64,000 bases of DNA from Octopus sinensis (lineage: Eukaryota), in NCBI RefSeq assembly GCF_006345805.1, contig NC_043003.1, forward strand, positions 66,340,001-66,404,000, given 5' to 3'. The notes under the pieces were generated by a model. The model was not told where the DNA came from and ran no database searches. It saw only the letters and a list, made by a program, of their open reading frames with translations. The position numbers were made by a program, and so were the translations under genes. Positions 61,710 through 64,000 of this stretch are shown piece by piece (within the stretch, counting starts at the first letter, position 1; each line of letters starts with the position of its first letter).

Positions 61710-61927
61710 AAAAAATATGCATTAAAATGGAATAAAAAATGATGTTAAATTATTTTTAAAATCGTAGACTCATCGTAGACGCGCGCTAATACACAGACGG
61801 GCTCGATATGAATCACGACTATAAGATACCCGAATTTGGTTAAACTGCACCGCAAAATGTTGGAGTAGTTAGGAATCTAAATCGAAGGGGACAGACACTC
61901 ACACAACTACTGTTTTATATATATAGA
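61710..61927 (-). mobile_element. Second Helitron 5' portion, same family as 60817-61411
   Basis: gactcatcgtagacgcgcg...gggctcgatatgaatcacgactataagataccc...ggaatctaaatcg; TC 5' end at 61927. Confidence 0.85.
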
Positions 61928-62250
61928 TATATATATACCAAAGTGAGTTCATACATGTGAATCAATTTGGGAAAAATAGTACTCGATTACGAGAGGTAGA
62001 GTAATATGCTTTATTATTATTAAAGCTGAAAAAATCACAAAATTATCATGATAAACTATAGGTTTTAATTTTTGATTCAAGGTTTTCTTCGATGTCACAT
62101 AATACGATTTTAAATCTATCATTTATTAGAAAAATTATAAACCGTTAGTCGATAGGACCAATGGAAAAGAAAACAATTTCAAATGTGTATCTGTCGAAGC
62201 AAATTGTATATTTTATACATACAAACTTTATTTTGTTCAATTCTCAATCT

Positions 62251-62345
62251 AAACTGACCGACGATCGGGAACGTGAAACTCTGAGATGCAGTATTTTGTG
62301 ATATTTTTGTAATGTTTTTGCAGCTTTCAGAATAATAAAGTATAG
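62251..62345 (+). mobile_element. HHR family 1 unit, decayed
   Basis: aaactga-ccgacga-tcg(ggaa)cgt-gaaactctgagat-gcagtattttgtgatatttt. Confidence 0.7.
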
Positions 62346-63311
62346 ATATATATGTGTATGTGTGTGTGTATGTGTGTGTATGTGTGTGTAGATATATATA
62401 TATAATACACGTATATGTGCATGTATGTGCATGTATATTTGTCTGTGTACGAGAATAGAATGTATGTAGTTTGAAATGAGGGCGAAATCAGATAGAATTC
62501 GGGGAAAAAAAGGTAAGCGTTGTTATGCAATATTCTATAAAATACGTCGATAGAGTTTTTGTACATATATAGTAAGCACTTAATCCTGCGTTTGTATGGT
62601 TCTTAATGTGATTTTTTAACATTTTTTTCTTGTCCTTCCGTGTATGAAATAAATAAGCATTTGGCGTGTTTCGAAGACTTAAATACTAAAATGTTATACC
62701 AGTCTGCCATGTTACCTGTCAAAATTACAACACCAAAAAGCTATTTGTGGTTGAGATTATTTTGTTTTATTTTATGTTTTGCTGTTTCACTCTGCTAGCC
62801 ATATTTCTTTTCGTTCTGTCCATGAAATTCGTAATAAATAAATAAATAAAAATTTTTTTCTAAAAAAACCAATGATTAAATGATAAAAATATAAATAAAT
62901 AACAAACGAAGACGTCTTAGTCAGACTCGAATATTTGTTTGTTAATTACAAGGTCACCGACATCTGATTCTGATTTTTGTCCTCTCACATTCTCTGCTTC
63001 TCTGTCGATTTTTCTCACCCCACTCTCTCTCTCACGCACACACACGCACACATGTTCAACACACAATCATACCACACATACACACACACACAAGCACAAG
63101 TATGTATATATATATATATATATATTCAATCTTACTGAAGATATATCTAACCATGTATGTGTATATGTATGTATATATATATATATGCTGATATGGAGAG
63201 GGAGAGAGAATGAGAGAGAGAGAAAAAGGGAGAGATAAAACATAAATACATATTCATATGTATATCTTTGTGTGTACAAATACATACACGTAAACGTGCG
63301 CATATACAGAC

Positions 63312-63371
<60 letters not shown>

Positions 63372-63900
63372 ATATAGATAGATAGATAAATAACTACACA
63401 GGTGTGCTTAAAAATATATAAGCAAATATATATGTGTGTATATTTATATGTATGAATAAATACATATATCTATCTCTCTCTCTTTCTCTCTCTCGTATAT
63501 ATATATACGCACGCAGACGCACACAAGCACACATATATACATATATACATCAGCATCTTGACAAAAATTGTCAATATTGCTTACCCTTCGTAATAAACGC
63601 TACCACTTTACTATTTTCTCAATATAAAAAATATTTTCAGAGAATTCACATAATTTTATTGATTTACCCCAGAAATTGTTAAAAAAATTCAACATTCTAT
63701 TCAACAAAATAGTTTTATATCATATTTATTTACATATTCTTAAAAAAGCTTTTGCATTCTAGAATTTTTTAAAATTTTTGTTACGTTTTTTTGGAAGTAA
63801 TTTTTTATCTCACTGTATAAAATCATGTATATGACATTTTTAGATTTTATATCTGATAGAATGTGATAAATTGTTGTTTTCGTTGTTGTTGTTGTTATTA

Positions 63901-63948
<48 letters not shown>

Positions 63949-63949
63949 G

Positions 63950-64000
63950 CACACAGGGTAAAATGTTTCTCGGCGTTTCGTCCGCTTTGACGCTCTGAGT
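63950..64000 (+). mobile_element. SINE family B head, truncated by the window end
   Basis: ttagcacacagggtaaaatg...gcgtttcgtccgctttgacgctctgagt. Confidence 0.55.

Overview
AT-rich, repeat-saturated eukaryotic (animal) DNA with no long intact CDS. It looks intronic or intergenic. Roughly a quarter is microsatellite: (TA)n, (CA)n, (AAT)n, (TAG)n, (CT)n. Most of the rest is fragmented transposable elements: at least six tRNA-headed SINE families, R4/Dong-type, CR1-like, L1/Tx1 and RTE LINE relics, Tc1/mariner relics and MITEs, and non-autonomous Helitrons. The repeat repertoire resembles what I recall from Octopus genomes; this is an inference and was not checked. Nearly all ORFs in the supplied track are microsatellite artefacts. 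The best host-gene signal is a probable first coding exon on the minus strand (26037-26150: CAACATGG start, 38 codons, AAG|GTAACG donor). A weaker, divergently oriented candidate lies on the plus strand (29100-29187). The most notable observation is 11 type-I hammerhead-ribozyme (HHR)-like motifs belonging to five unrelated repeat families. They include a near-intact HHR inside a tRNA-headed SINE (40548-40595), a family whose multi-copy consensus is a fully canonical HHR (8038, 55279, 55347, 62251), and an inverted pair that puts one HHR on each strand (55244-55427). All RNA folds were derived by eye and all coordinates by hand counting; boundaries of decayed repeats are approximate.
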